In this document: piece by piece, positions 1 through 12,155 of the stretch | Layout of the letters: each line of letters opens with the position of its first letter | How positions within the stretch are numbered: the stretch's first letter is position 1 | NCBI GenBank assembly: GCA_026914245.1 | Contig: CP110440.1 | Span: 3,286,001-3,350,000, forward strand | Direction: 5' to 3' | DNA: 64,000 bases | From: Puccinia triticina | Lineage: Eukaryota | Notes under the pieces: generated by a model | What the model saw: the letters and a program-made list of their open reading frames with translations, nothing else | The model's database searches: none | What the model was told of the DNA's origin: nothing | Position numbers and translations under genes: made by a program

Positions 1-1049
1 TTGACCAGTACTGCGGATCCCATTGCCGTGGCGGACAGGAAGTTCTTGTGTCCCCCAGTTGAGATTTTGAGGTTGGTTTTGGAGACAGGCACAAAGATTG
101 TTTCGTTGTTGACCATGTGATGTGTAGCTCCGGTGTCAAGAACAATTGGTTTGGCGTTCTCGGCTCCAGTGAGCAGGAGTGACACTTCAGACTCGTGATC
201 GTCATTGGCTTCGACGAGTTGAGTGGCGGGATTGGCATCGGGACGAAGCCCCGGGTGAACTTGCCAGCAGTGAGCCTCATCGTGCGAGGTAGCAGCAGGA
301 TTGTGTTTTCCTGGTTTGCCGTCTTTGCCGGGTTCGCAAAAGTTGCCGGTGCGCTTGGGTTTCTTCTTTCCTTTCTTTGAGGAAGTCTCGTGCATCAAAG
401 CAGAAGCACCTTCGGTGGCGTTCTCAGACTCCTTGGAGGCGATCTTCTTTGAGGATTTGGAAACTCAAAATTCTTCTAGGTAGACGACTTCCTGAAGCTT
501 CACCAGGAGCGCGTTCGGGTTTTCGCAGATCACTTTGTTCATGATGATATTATCGACGATATTATACATGTCCTTGTTTAGCTTCGCAAGAATTGAGAAG
601 CTGAGGACGTTGTCCGGAACCCCAAGGCTGACGAGTGAGATCTCGTTGAGCATTTTTTGCATGTTGGAGATGAAGTCTTTCAGGGTTCCGCGGTACTTGT
701 AACGCATGAACTTGAGCCACACTCGACCCTTGTTGTTGACGGAGGCGGATGCGAACCGGTTGAGAATGCTCATCCAGACTCGATGAGGATCTTTGGCGTT
801 GTCCGTGTTGACGACAGTTTCGAAGACTCCTTCACTGATGAACTGAAAGAGAAAGTCGATCGTCTCGGCGTGCTTCTTTCCTACCGCTTCAGCTGCAGCT
901 CCGTTGAGTCCGGCCCCAGTCGGCTCCAGAATGTATTTGAGGATTCGTTTGTTCTTGAGGAACGCCTTGAGCCGAATTGACCATTGAAGGAAGTTGACTT
1001 CGGTCAGTGGAGGGATGTTGGGCTTGGAGTTCGCGTTGTTTTCGGCCAT
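1..1049 (-). pseudogene. Ty1/copia gag-protease fragment (runs off the left edge of the window)
   Basis: ATG at 1049 (MAENNANSKPNIPPLTEVNFLQWSIRLKAFL, copia gag). In-frame TGA at 465-467, then zinc knuckle HNPAATSHDEAHCW (~260-305) and protease motif IVLDTGATHHM (~114-146). No LTR or PBS upstream. Confidence 0.9.
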
Positions 1050-1055
1050 CTCGAT

Positions 1056-2078
1056 GATTAAGAGCACAGATATTTTTGTGAGAGATTACTTAATGTTGGA
1101 CAGCATGATAATCAGCAGGTTGACCATTCTTCTTACTGACACTGCTAGAAATTGGTACCTTGGACTCAGAGATGAATATGGGAACAAATCTTGGGCTTGG
1201 TGGAAAAATGCCATTAGAAATAAGTTTGGTACTGAAAACTGGAAATGGAGAATGCAAGAAGAGTTTGAGAATGACCACTTTGATTATGATGGTAGAAAAG
1301 TCCACAAATGGTTTGGAACCCAAAGAGAAAGACTCAGAGCTTATCAGCCTGAACTCAGTGATTATCTCATCTGTGAGAAGATCTTGAAACAGTGTCCTGG
1401 CAACCTTGAGCATGCTGTTAAGAGCAGATACAAGAAAGATGCTACTGAGATGAACTTTGAAGACATGGTTATAATTGTTGAGGAAGTCATAGACAGAGTT
1501 ATGAAAAGCAATAAACCTGTAGCCAACAACTATACCAATCCAAATAGAAACAATTGGAAAAATACCTCAGCAGTTGATAAAGCTGAAAATCCAATTGACT
1601 CTTTTGCAAGAAGGAACCCTGTCCCAGATCCAGAAAAAGAAAAACTCATTTGCCATTTTTGCAAACAAACAGGTCACTTTTCTAGAGAATGTCCCAGAAC
1701 AAGAAGTGAGTTACATAATGTAGGTACGTATTCTGATGATGACTCCAAGAATAAGAAAGACAAAGAAGTAGACTCCAATCAAAAGGAAGAATCTGAGTTG
1801 GATGATGAAGAAGACAATCATAGAAACAACCACATGAGCCTAGCCATGGAACAGGAGAATCTTTCCAATTATGATCCCCTGATTGACTTCAACTTTGGAA
1901 CATATGCAGTTGAATGTGAAACCCAAGCAGAGACCCATCAGCCCCAGACTTGGGATAATTTCTGCTGAACATCTCAAGTGAAGATGCATACATCCTGTAA
2001 GGAGGCCCAGGAGTGTGAAAGTTTCTACCTTCTTGGTTTTATTTCTTATGGAAATCAAACCTCTTTGGTGGTAGGGAA
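1056..2078 (+). pseudogene. Internally deleted gypsy gag(-pol) remnant, same lineage as gypsy A
   Basis: [22 protein letters not shown]...[14 protein letters not shown] aligns with the 27765-32924 ORF. After ~1988 the sequence jumps to the last codons of pol and the PPT TTTGGTGGTAGGGAA (2064-2078). Confidence 0.9.
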
Positions 2079-3046
2079 TGTCAGCCTTAGAGTCAACACA
2101 GTTGACCTAAAACTGCCTTTTATCTCCATTTTATGCCTAAATGTGCTCATATCTTTTTAACCTTACAACATAAGGTTGTTTTGACTTCAGATTCTGATTT
2201 CTCATGCAATTTTGACCCCAGTGTTCACTGATCACTTTACAATATCTCTACTCCTTCATAGAGTTTGTGGTTTGTGACACACATGCGCAGCAGCGTTGTG
2301 TAGTCGCGCCTGAGCGCTCCCAACCACATGTACATGTGTGATTATGTCATCCAACTTTGAAAATTTTCGAAGTCAGGATCCCCCATGCAGCTGGAGGATC
2401 CACAGACTTCAGCACACCAGAACCACCACCCAGATAACCCCAGGATCACCACCAAAGAGCCTACTCTACTCCCAGTATACCTACCGTCACAGGCGCCTAG
2501 GATATTGACAGTAAGTAACCTCTTTCACTGAACCTTGATTATCTCAGAGGTACAACTCTGTGTCTTGCTTGATCTGCCTTTTCTTCTTGCTTTGCTTCCT
2601 CCTTGATCACAGGGCTGTCCCTCCAAATCTATAGGCCTTTGCCTCCATCTTGATCACAGGGCTGTCCCTTCTTATCTTCAGGCCTTTGCCTCAAAATCTA
2701 GGTTCAGGGCTGTCCCTCAGGTTTCCCTTTAAGAACCTTGACTGTCCAGAGAGAAGTCTAAAAAACTGTGGCTGGATTAAGACTTATCTAATCCAGATAC
2801 CCTCCTGAGAGGAAGCTGTAGCACTTCTTGCACAGATTAGCAGCACTCTTCTGAAGAGTAGCATTGCCAGTGGACGTGCATTCCCACTAGAATAACCTAG
2901 TACTTCTCTTCCTTCTTATCCTGCTTGGTTTCTCTCTCTCTTTCTCTTTTTTTCTTTTATAGTTGTAATTTCTTTATCCCAAGAAATCCAACTATTGCCC
3001 CCCCATTTCTTGTGTCCTGCTGTCACTATAGAGACTCAGGCTCACA
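2079..3046 (+). mobile_element. 3' LTR of the deleted gypsy
   Basis: TGTCAGCC...GGCTCACA directly after the PPT; recognisably homologous to the gypsy A LTR (26811-27727, reverse strand). Confidence 0.88.
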
Positions 3047-3109
3047 CTCTCTCTCACTATGTTGCAACAGGTTGTAACTTGTTGGTGCCAGTGGCATGAA
3101 GGGCAAACT

Positions 3110-3493
3110 CAGGGTGTAAATGGGTTGGGCCGACCCAAAACCAACCCGAGACCCGTCGGGTTTTGGGTTGGGTTTGGGCACATCCTTGAAGAAAATGACA
3201 TGACCCAAACCCAACCCAACTTGTAAAATTGTTGGGTCGGGTTTGGGCAGCCTATTTCCTAATTGGGTCAGCCTGCAACCCGGCTATGACGCCTCCAACA
3301 GTCAAGTTGGGGGCTTTTGGCGCCTATGAGGTTGGGTTGACCCAAGACCCAAACCGACCCAAAATAGTATGACATCGGGTTGGGTTTGGGCAGCATATTT
3401 GAAAATCTGCCCCAACCCAACCCAACCCGCGCTAAATGTTGGGTTGGTTTCGGGCGCTGTTTTTTGACCCAAACCGAACCCATTTACACCCTG
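3110..3493. mobile_element. MITE with CAGGGTGTAAATGGGTT TIRs (hAT-like)
   Basis: Inverted termini CAGGGTGTAAATGGGTT / AACCCATTTACACCCTG with many AACCC/GGGTT subterminal motifs. No clean TSD. A related terminus starts at ~3509. Confidence 0.65.
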
Positions 3494-3693
3494 AGGGCAC
3501 ACCAAAGTCAGGATGTAAATGGGCCAGTTCAAGGGCAAAGGCTAAAAAACGTGCCCAAACCTACCTTGTAATTTTGCCAGGGCAGGTTGGGCTGGGTGAA
3601 AAATCAAAATGGCAAGTGATCCAAAACCAAAAACAGTAAGCATTATTTGGGCTTGTCCAGGTGCAAGTTGGCCCATAATTTTGGCTGAATATT

Positions 3694-3845
3694 AGGGGGT
3701 TTCAAAGTAGACCCCCGCGTGCATGCAGGTTGCTTTGCAGAACCCAGTTTTGCGGGGAAACTGCAAGTTGATGTTCAACATTCGAGTTGAACACCGGCTT
3801 GCCTTGCCTTGAAAGCTGCATGCGTAGGTCTACTTTGAAACCCCT
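3694..3845. mobile_element. ~150-bp MITE
   Basis: TIR AGGGG(G)TTTCAAAGTAGACC / GGTCTACTTTGAAACCCCT; TSD not resolved. Confidence 0.55.
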
Positions 3846-4519
3846 GATTAAAATTAAGCAAGATAGTGATTTTTATTTCTCTCTTTGTATCTTTGGTTTT
3901 AGCAAGTTCCTGAGAAGTTTTGCCAAGGTGAAAACATAAAAATTTCAAGCCTTATCATTATGGGTGCAATTTCACTTTTGAAAAAATGATATGGACCAAT
4001 TTACAGGGGGTAGAGGGATGATAATATTATTAAATCACATTGCACAAATTACACCATCTGCATTGGGTGCCAAGTTAGCCCGGATTAGGGCACTTAGTTC
4101 AACCATACACACGCATTGGGTTGGATCCCGGAGCTCCATGGGGTCTAGATGTAGACCCCACTAATCATCCCACGTACTTCCCTCTCACTTCTTCTTTCAC
4201 TCTCCTCTTGAAAAATCACCCAGGCACTCAGGGGTAGTCCTTCTTTTTGTCTATTTGGTTCCCATGGGGCTAATCCCATAGTAGCTTTGCCTCAGTTTTC
4301 ATGTGCACAGTGCGCAATGTAAAATCAAATCTGCACTAAAAAAAACTGATGTTGTATCTTATTTCTGGGGAGCATACAAATGAACAAGGTATAGCTTATT
4401 AGAGAATTTCAAAACAGACCCAGGTACCATTTAGACCACCAGTACCCGCGCAGTTTTTGCCAAGAACAGGCACTTGGTACCGCCTGGCGGGTACCACGGG
4501 TCTTTTAGGCGGGTATAAG

Positions 4520-4800
4520 AGCTCATCAAGGGGTGTCCTCAATGACTGGAATGGATGTGTCATCAAGAGTTCCTCCCCCCAATGACTGGAACAGGTCGGT
4601 CATCAAGGGCTCTCAATGACCAGAACAGCAATGACCGACCTGTTCCGGTCATCAAACAGGTTGGTCATGGTCATTGAGGGTACTCCCCAAACAACCAACA
4701 CACACTTGTCATTGAGGAGAGTTGTTAATCCCCTTGATGATTGCACTAGGACCGTCCTCAATGACCGGTCTATCTTCATTCATTGAGGAGGATCCCGGAG
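4520..4800. repeat. Degenerate copies of the GATGACCGG..CCGGTCATC palindromic repeat
   Basis: AATGAC(C/T)GG and GTCATCAAG motifs resemble the array at 62290-62830. Confidence 0.55.
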
Positions 4801-5049
4801 ATCCCCTACCAGTAACCAAGCTGCCTCATTTGCAAAATGCTCCTCATGTAAATCACTGGATACATATCTAAATTGGTTTGTTTTTCCAAGATGTTCCTAA
4901 TGTAATTGGTATATTTTTGGAAAGGAAAACCAATTATTTAGGTCTTGGGTTCAATTCCCAGCCAAAAAAAGACTTTTTTGTCTAATTTTGCCCCGGTGGG
5001 CCTTTCTCCCACAAAACCTCCTCATGTACTACATATCCAAACCGGGTCC

Positions 5050-6290
5050 AAGTGTGAAAAACCCTATTTTTCCACGTATCCAAAATGCCTTGTGGCGCTG
5101 AGGCAAATATTGAGCATAAGTGACAAGTCTGTGGATCCAAGAAATGATTGTTTGAAGATTGACATTGGCTCCATCCAGTCGATCAACAAGACTGTTGATA
5201 TCCATCTGGTTAACAGTAATTTCCTTCTCTGTATCTTCATATCTGCAGTTGCCAAAGACTTTAAGGCCATCTTTCGCGGCTAGGTTGATGACATGGGCCA
5301 TGCAGCCCAAGAGTTGAGTGTCTGCATCAAAAGTTCTGTCCAGCTTCTGTTCAACTTGTGTCGCAAGGGTTGAGTTGTTAGACGCATTTTTGGCTGTAAT
5401 ACAGCAAAGAGCATTGGTAATCTTCATATTGTCTAGACAATCCAGATTCCACAAAGATTTCACCAAAATTGGCACCAGTGTGACATCCTAAGAGAGGGCA
5501 TTAAATTTTAGAACATCAAATCAAGAATCTAGAGATTTTGCCAATAAGTACTTGCCGTGTACTGTAGGCATCCCAACAAGTACATCCAACACCTTCCAAT
5601 TGGAGGTGATTCCATGAATGGTGATGGCCATGAAAGCCGATGAATTGGGGGATGTCCAAGCATCGACAGTGTAAGAAAGGTACATCAGGCCACTGAGCAT
5701 CTTCTGGAGATGGTTCCTATGAGCAAAAAATAGCATGTCAACCTCTTTTGCAATTGTTTTCCGGCCAAACTCCATGTTCAGGGTTGCCAGATTGAGAAGC
5801 TCAAGTAGATATTTAAATGATTTCTGCTCAACTATTGAGTAGGGTAGGTCCCCCTCAAAAACTAAATATGTGATGGCCTGTTTGAGCAGGTCTGCAGTAA
5901 GAACAGGCTGAAGGATGTACTGTAAGCACCAAGGCACGTGTGGTTGAGAAAGTCAAAGAACATACCCTCTGCTCAGCACACTGGCGTTTTAATAAATTGG
6001 GAAGACCGGCCTGATTTGGTGGCAAAAAATTGTGGATCCTCCTCAGGTGTTCAGTCATTGATTTTGTGCTACCAGTGGGGTCTCGTCGGAGTATTGTATT
6101 GCAAGTAGCACCAGCCTTCTTCTTGCTTGCAACTTGACACTGGACTTGATGTTGTCCCAAACTTTTGAAGTGCATCCAGACCCAGCTCTTCTTTGTCAGA
6201 CTTGTGGTTGCATTTGAATCAGGGGGATGAGACTGAGTTGAGGCTTGCTGATCCACCAGTTTGACTTGAACATCCATGTCTTCTACATTC
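5050..6290 (-). pseudogene. hAT transposase pseudogene (intron-containing, 3'-truncated)
   Basis: BED finger KKSWVWMHF..QCQV..CN..STKSMTEHLRRIH; DLPYSIVE; catalytic-region YTVDAWTSPN..FMAITIH; CITAKNASNN (D mutated); CMAHVINLAAKDGL (CxxH). GGTACC/GGTATAC-rich subterminal tracts at ~4420-4520 and 6300-6500. Confidence 0.9.
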
Positions 6291-7618
6291 TTCTGGTTCC
6301 TGTGGGGTGGCAGGGTATGCTTGCGTTGCGCGGGCCAGCAGGGTATTCCCTTGTCCTGCGGGTAAGCAGGGCATTCCCGTGTCCCGGATGATCCCGGGGG
6401 TGATACCCAACAAGTACCCCCGGGTTGGGTATACCTGCCGGGATTTTGACGGGCAGGAATTAATTTGCCGGGTACCCCGCGGGTTCCAGCGCTATCAGGG
6501 GACTGGATGGTCAAACTGGACGTGCATTCTCACGGCAGCCCAACATGTACTCAAACTTAACACAAGTCCCTCCCTCACACCTACACTTGGGGGGGGGGGG
6601 GGGGGCAAAGGGCCCGCCTCCCAAAGGGAGGGACTTGCACCGCAAGTCAGCTTACAAGGGAGAGAGCTACCAGCTCAAGGGTGTGGAGGTGATCTCACCC
6701 CCCTCTTTTCCCCAGTAGCTCTTGTATAAAACCCTGGCCCTTGGCACCATTAGAATTGCAAGACATCCAGCATACTGATTCCAGCTTGAAAAGCCCCAAT
6801 ATCTCTATCCCCTCCCAATAATCCCTGTGTAAATAAAATAACATTGTAACCAATAGGGCCTCTTCAAGCCCGGATATCCCAATAGATATATCCATTGCTA
6901 AATGCATGAAAAATCATTGCACGGGAGCCACAATTGTACATATCTTCCCCTCAAGACACAAATACACCAATTGTGCAACAAGAATCTATGGATGAAACAC
7001 TGCCAACTGGGTGTATTGAGTCAAAAACCTGTGAGAGCATGGACCGATTATCCAAATGGATCCGCACTTGTCAAACTCTACTTCCAAAAAAACCAGGGGA
7101 TGATGGACTAAGAATCACAAGCCACTGGCTATTTTTGGCCAATTGTTTCCAAAAAGAAAAGGGAATAAACCTGAGAAGCAAGGCTACAGCTTTGTGTACT
7201 CAGAATTATCTTTGAGAGGTTCTGTTCTTTTTAAATAGAGGTTGAGTTTAAACAATGTAAAAATCAGGCCAATTTCTCAAAGTGCTCAGGCTGCGTGGCC
7301 AACTTTTGGCGTAAGCCTCTCCTACGGAGAGTCCCTTTGGGACCCCCGTTTGAGAGGCTTTGTTAAGCTCAACATGTACTGGACCTTTTTTGTGGGCTGT
7401 CGTTCCCGGAATTCCAAGTTCCAGAGGCCCAAGGAAGGACCCAGGAAAGCCCCTATGGAACACAGTAACCTAAATTCCCATATTTTTGAAAAATTCATAC
7501 ATTTTTGGAGCTCATTCATACACGTTTTGTGTGTAGGTTCAGATCTTGGTCTAAAAATTCATACAAATTTTGTGCCTACGTTTTTTATTTTTTTGGGAAG
7601 CATTGATGCTCCTGCCAA

Positions 7619-7653
<35 letters not shown>

Positions 7654-8959
7654 GGAGAGGAGGGGCAAGAAAAAAAAGAAAAAAAACTGGGAACCAGACT
7701 GCTGTGACTGTTGAGGGGGGGGGGGGGGGGGGGAATGGAGTCACTTGGGCAGGGTTGATAAGAAGGAAAAAAAGTGGGATGCAACCTGTGGATGGATTGG
7801 GTGGCACAGGGAGAGGTGGATTGATATACTTTTAGGGAGTTGAAAAATCGACTCCCAAGAATTAATAAATTGACTCCCAAAAGTCGTTTAAGTCGCGCGG
7901 ACCGTCTCGGGACGTCCCCCCTGGGTCTTCGGGACCTTGTGCGGCCCCAAAATAATTTTGGGAGTCAATTATTTAATTCCCCTCTTGAGAATGGGAGTCA
8001 ATATATTAATTTAACAAAAAACAACGGAATACACAAAAACAATTATATCTTGCCACTTTTGTACCCAAACACCCTAAAAATTTTACAGCAATCTAAATAC
8101 ACTCTTCAGAGAATATTTTGAGATTCACGGCATTAGTAATCCTCAGGGAGACCCTGTGTAGCCGGGGGGCGGATTTGGCGGATTTCCTACTAAGGCAAAC
8201 CCCCAAAACCTTATCTACGGTGCTCCAAACAGCCCCAGATTTTTTCTGCTAAAAGAATAAACTGTTTAAAACATACTAGATTATGAGGCGGCTACGCCGC
8301 TGCACTTCCAGGGGCACAGCCTTGTTTTATCAGCTGTATCACAGCTGTTCCACCCATTGAAAGTGCTTGTTTACTGCCATTGGTGATTCTGTGTGGCATG
8401 GGTTCTATCTGATGCAAGGTTCTGGATCACATGCATCTACTCTTCTCAAAACTGATCATCCTGTGGACATTGCTACTCAAAATACCTTCATGAGAGCTGT
8501 AATGCAGAATTTCAATTGAAATAATATAATTCATGTGTGGTTTAAAACCTCTGTGTACATTCAATTTTGTTATGGTCAGGTCTGTGGAGAGGAACACGTG
8601 ATCTTGGGCTTTGGGGTTCTGGGTCTCAGGGTCTTTGTATATGGTACATTGCAGGATAAGGACTCCAGCCTCTAAAACCATGAATATGTGGTCCATGACA
8701 TCATCATGGACATGTGTGTGTTAGCCATGTACATGAGAGACTGCACCTGGGAGTCTGTGCTACAGCTCACTCATTATATTTTGATTATTATCATCAAACT
8801 CTTATGGACTGGGTTTCTTTTCCTTGCTTTGGTTGGCAGCTTTGTGGCTTATGAAGAATTTCAACAATTCTTGCTTGCCATCTTGAGACCAATAAGTTTT
8901 TCAGGACTTTATGAACAAGTGCAATCTGTTTTTAACATTGGGTAAGAAATATACCACTT

Positions 8960-9175
8960 CACCAGGAAAAATCAATTGTCACCAGACATCAGGTGACATC
9001 AAGCAACAATGACTGTCACTTTGTTCCAGCTCTGGTGCTACCACAACTAGGCTAAAATGGCCCCTTTGTTTCCTAGAGGGGGCTGTCCATGCAGCCAACT
9101 GTGCAGCTAGTGGGTAGCTCAGTGGACTTAGGCTGATGTCACCTGTAGTCTAGTGACAGTTTATTTTTCCTGGTG
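8960..9175. mobile_element. CACTA/CMC-type MITE (CACCA termini), 216 bp
   Basis: TIR CACCAGGAAAAAT / ATTTTTCCTGGTG; 3-bp TSD CTT on both sides. Confidence 0.9.
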
Positions 9176-9842
9176 CTTGCTTCTCCAGGAAGGAAGGGAC
9201 TTGGGAGAGAAAAGTACAAATTTGTGCTTCTGAAAATGAAGCACATCAAAAAAAAAATTTTCTGCCTTGTAAAACTTGATGCCTTGAAGTTGATGTGACT
9301 CTCAGCATGTGCTCATGTAGCCAGAGTTTGCTTACATCTTCAAGGTCTCATTTTACAACATACACATTTCCATAATTCTTCTTGGGGACCCATGCCTGCA
9401 TGTTAGTAGTTACACAACATTTACTCCTTTCTTAATCAAATCAAATTTTTACTTTCCTTACACACAACATGTAACTGGTATTGCAGCTTAATGAAGATTT
9501 TGGCTACATGGCTAAGAAAAAAATGTACAACAACAGTAAGCTATTGGAAAGGATGTAAGAGATATAGGCTTGAAATGATGTGATCATCATTTCAGTTAGC
9601 AATGACAATACCAACCTGGTCAGTATTGTTGCCATTGTGCGTGTCATTCAAGTGTTAGTTGCTTGATATTTTTCAATAATTTATTTTAAATTGACATAAT
9701 GACCAGTAGCAGGATGAGGATTGAAGAAGAAAGTCAAACTTAGCCATCACCCTTTACGTGCCTGTTGACTTGGTGAAATCAACAAAAAAACTCACGGCCT
9801 GGGCATTCATGGGGGCCTCGAAGTGAGGGAGAGTAAGGGGAC

Positions 9843-10030
9843 ACCTGTTTACATGTTTTGACAACATTGAATTGATTAGTAAGAGTCGCAGCCAAAGCGC
9901 CGCTGAGGGAGTTTGCAAAGAAGCTCTGGAGGGCAAGCTGGTGCACGCTGGCCCGATTATCATACTCTCTAAAGCTGACCCCTCTGCCGAGTTTCCGCCC
10001 GGCAGCCTTGAGACGGTCAAGGGAGTCAAA
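9843..10030 (-). pseudogene. Mitochondrial carrier (SLC25) gene fragment captured in Helitron C
   Basis: SFFANSLSGALAATLTNQFNVVKTCKQV is a decayed helix plus the PX[DE]XX[KR]X[RK]XQ carrier signature (expected roughly SFFAGSLSGALAATLTNPFDVVKTRKQV). Confidence 0.7.
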
Positions 10031-12155
10031 TGGTGGTTGGATGAGGCCGAGCGTAGCATATTGAACCCAAGAATATAAACTACATGGTCTCGTTCCAGGA
10101 TGGTGACCTTCGGGGTAGGCACAATCCCTCGCCACAGCGATGTGGTGAGCAAAATGGTACAGACGGTCCATGGTTCAAGATCCAGATGAAGACTCAAGAT
10201 TCAAGTGACCAGTTATCAAGATCAAGCCCTCAAGATTATCCATCTCAAATTTCAAGCTCAAGATTCAAGATATTATGATTGATATTGATGATTATTGTTG
10301 ATTTTTCTCTCTGTTCTTTTTGATCCATTGCACCCATCCTCTTATGTTACTCTCCTCATTTTTCTATGTATGTGGTTGATCTTTTCTTTGTGTGTGTTTT
10401 GTTTTGTTTGTGTTGTGCAGAGCTTGTTTGTAGTTAGGGATGTGATGAACATGTCTGTGACATGTTCACTTCCTGGAGTCTGAGTTCGAAGTTCGGACTC
10501 AGATGAGGGGGAGGCATGGCAGTCTTCTGATCCACGAAATACACCATCAAGATTCTCAGATCCTTATCCTTATCACCTCATTAGATCCTTATCAACCTTC
10601 AAGATCCTCATCAGCATCCCTTTCCAGATCCTCAACCCCCAAACCCGCCAACAAGTCTCACTGACAGTGTTGTTCAACCCCCTTTCTCTGGTTTTCTCAG
10701 ATCTCATTCATCCTAGGACCTCACAGGAAGGCAGGCTCATCACCACTTTCCCTTCCCAGCGCTGTCGCCAGCCTAGCACCGGACAAAGCTCCACAGCGAG
10801 CCGATTCCCTTGAAGCGGGCACCAAGGTTGTGGCTGGGTTGTTCTTGTTTGAGAAGCGGTTGGAGGCGTGAATCCAAGCGCAATCTGGCTGCCATCCAGC
10901 ACCCTGATCATCCGTCAGGTCGTCAGTATGAACACTTGCCAGTTCTTATAACGCCTGGCTTGGCTTTTCATCTTGTATTCAGTTGGTCCCTGTGAAATCT
11001 CTCAAGACCAAGCTGGTTGTCTGCCCATTGGGAGCAGAGTAGACAGCTTTTGATTAAGCTTCGGAGCATGAATACTCAGGCAAACAACAGATCTATAGAT
11101 GGCCGTTGAAGAGAACAGAGCAAGTGCGGCGGGGTCAATTATAAGTTTTAGAGAGAAAGAGCGGAGGGAGAGAAAATTAACTCAGCAGCCAGGGGGTGGG
11201 CAAAGGCCAAGCAAGGAGGATTGCTGTTCGCAGAGGACGGCGCGGAGGTTGGATCGGAGTGGTAAATGAGCGACGAATGGAAGTGGGTGTAGAGCTTGAG
11301 CCGGTTTGAACCACGCGGCCGGGCCCTCCTGAGAAGATATCTGGTCAGCAGCACCAGCAGCAGGCCTTGCAATCTTTGGGAGGCCCGGTCCGCTGCTGCA
11401 CGCAATCTTCCCCTCTTTGACTGCTTGTAGTACTCGTCCTAGATCTCGAACAACATTGTATGTGTCTTGGTGTGTCGGCGAAGTGAGTATGTGTGGAGCT
11501 AGTTGGAGTCCACTTCTGAGGAGCCACCGCAGGTTGCCAAAAAAGGAGGCGGGGCCACAATAGGAGTTGGAGATGGCGAAGAAACTTGCAGGGAATGGGA
11601 TTGTTGGTATGGCTGTTGATCATTAATGCAGCATGGATGTTCAGACCAAGCTACAGCATTCTCATCAGGTATAGCCATGCATCAGCCACTCCACCCGCGC
11701 AACCGTTGTCCTCTATTGGACGTACCGGAAGGGCCAACTTACCGCGTACACTTCAGTTGGTCTGATGGGTATATAATCCCACCAGATCCTTCAGGATTGC
11801 TTTCCCCCCAGGTGACCTTCCCTCCCCTTGCACCTGCAGCAGACTGGTGATGATCCTCCCCCTCCCCGATTGCATTTGCAATTGGCTGAGGGGTTTCCAG
11901 CCCTGACTTTTGCCCCACGCACTTGCGCCAGGCTGAGCGGGTTAAACCCGGTCTCTTTTCACCTGTGGCATGTCACATGCTGGGAGTTTGTCAAATCAGC
12001 TGCTTTTTATGTAAATAGATTGAAAATTGTTGAATTGTTACTTTTGTTTGGAGTTTTTTTAGCTTGTATGTAGGGGAAACCCTTTTATTTGTTTGGGAAA
12101 ATGCTTATGTACAGGGGAAACTCTTGATTTTTTTTTGGCAAATCTGTGGTTTTAA

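Larger units (their letters stand above)
8276..12019 (-). mobile_element. Non-autonomous Helitron C
   Basis: The 3' end on the minus strand is hairpin GCGGC-GTA-GCCGC followed by CTAG|T at 8276. The candidate 5' end is A|TCTATTTACATAAAAAGC at 12019 and is less certain than the 3' end. Confidence 0.65.

Noticed and set aside
4890..4970. tRNA or SINE (GGTTCAATTCCC B-box-like motif)
   Set aside because: No convincing acceptor or anticodon stems; at most a decayed relic.
7242..7880. Gly- or Pro-rich ORFs
   Set aside because: They arise from long poly-G runs (7619-7651, 7714-7733), not from a credible protein.
10100..10720. Gypsy-like remnant with a PPT-like tract (GATGAGGGGGAGG) abutting a TGG motif
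   Set aside because: No LTR pair, TSD or coding motif to support it.
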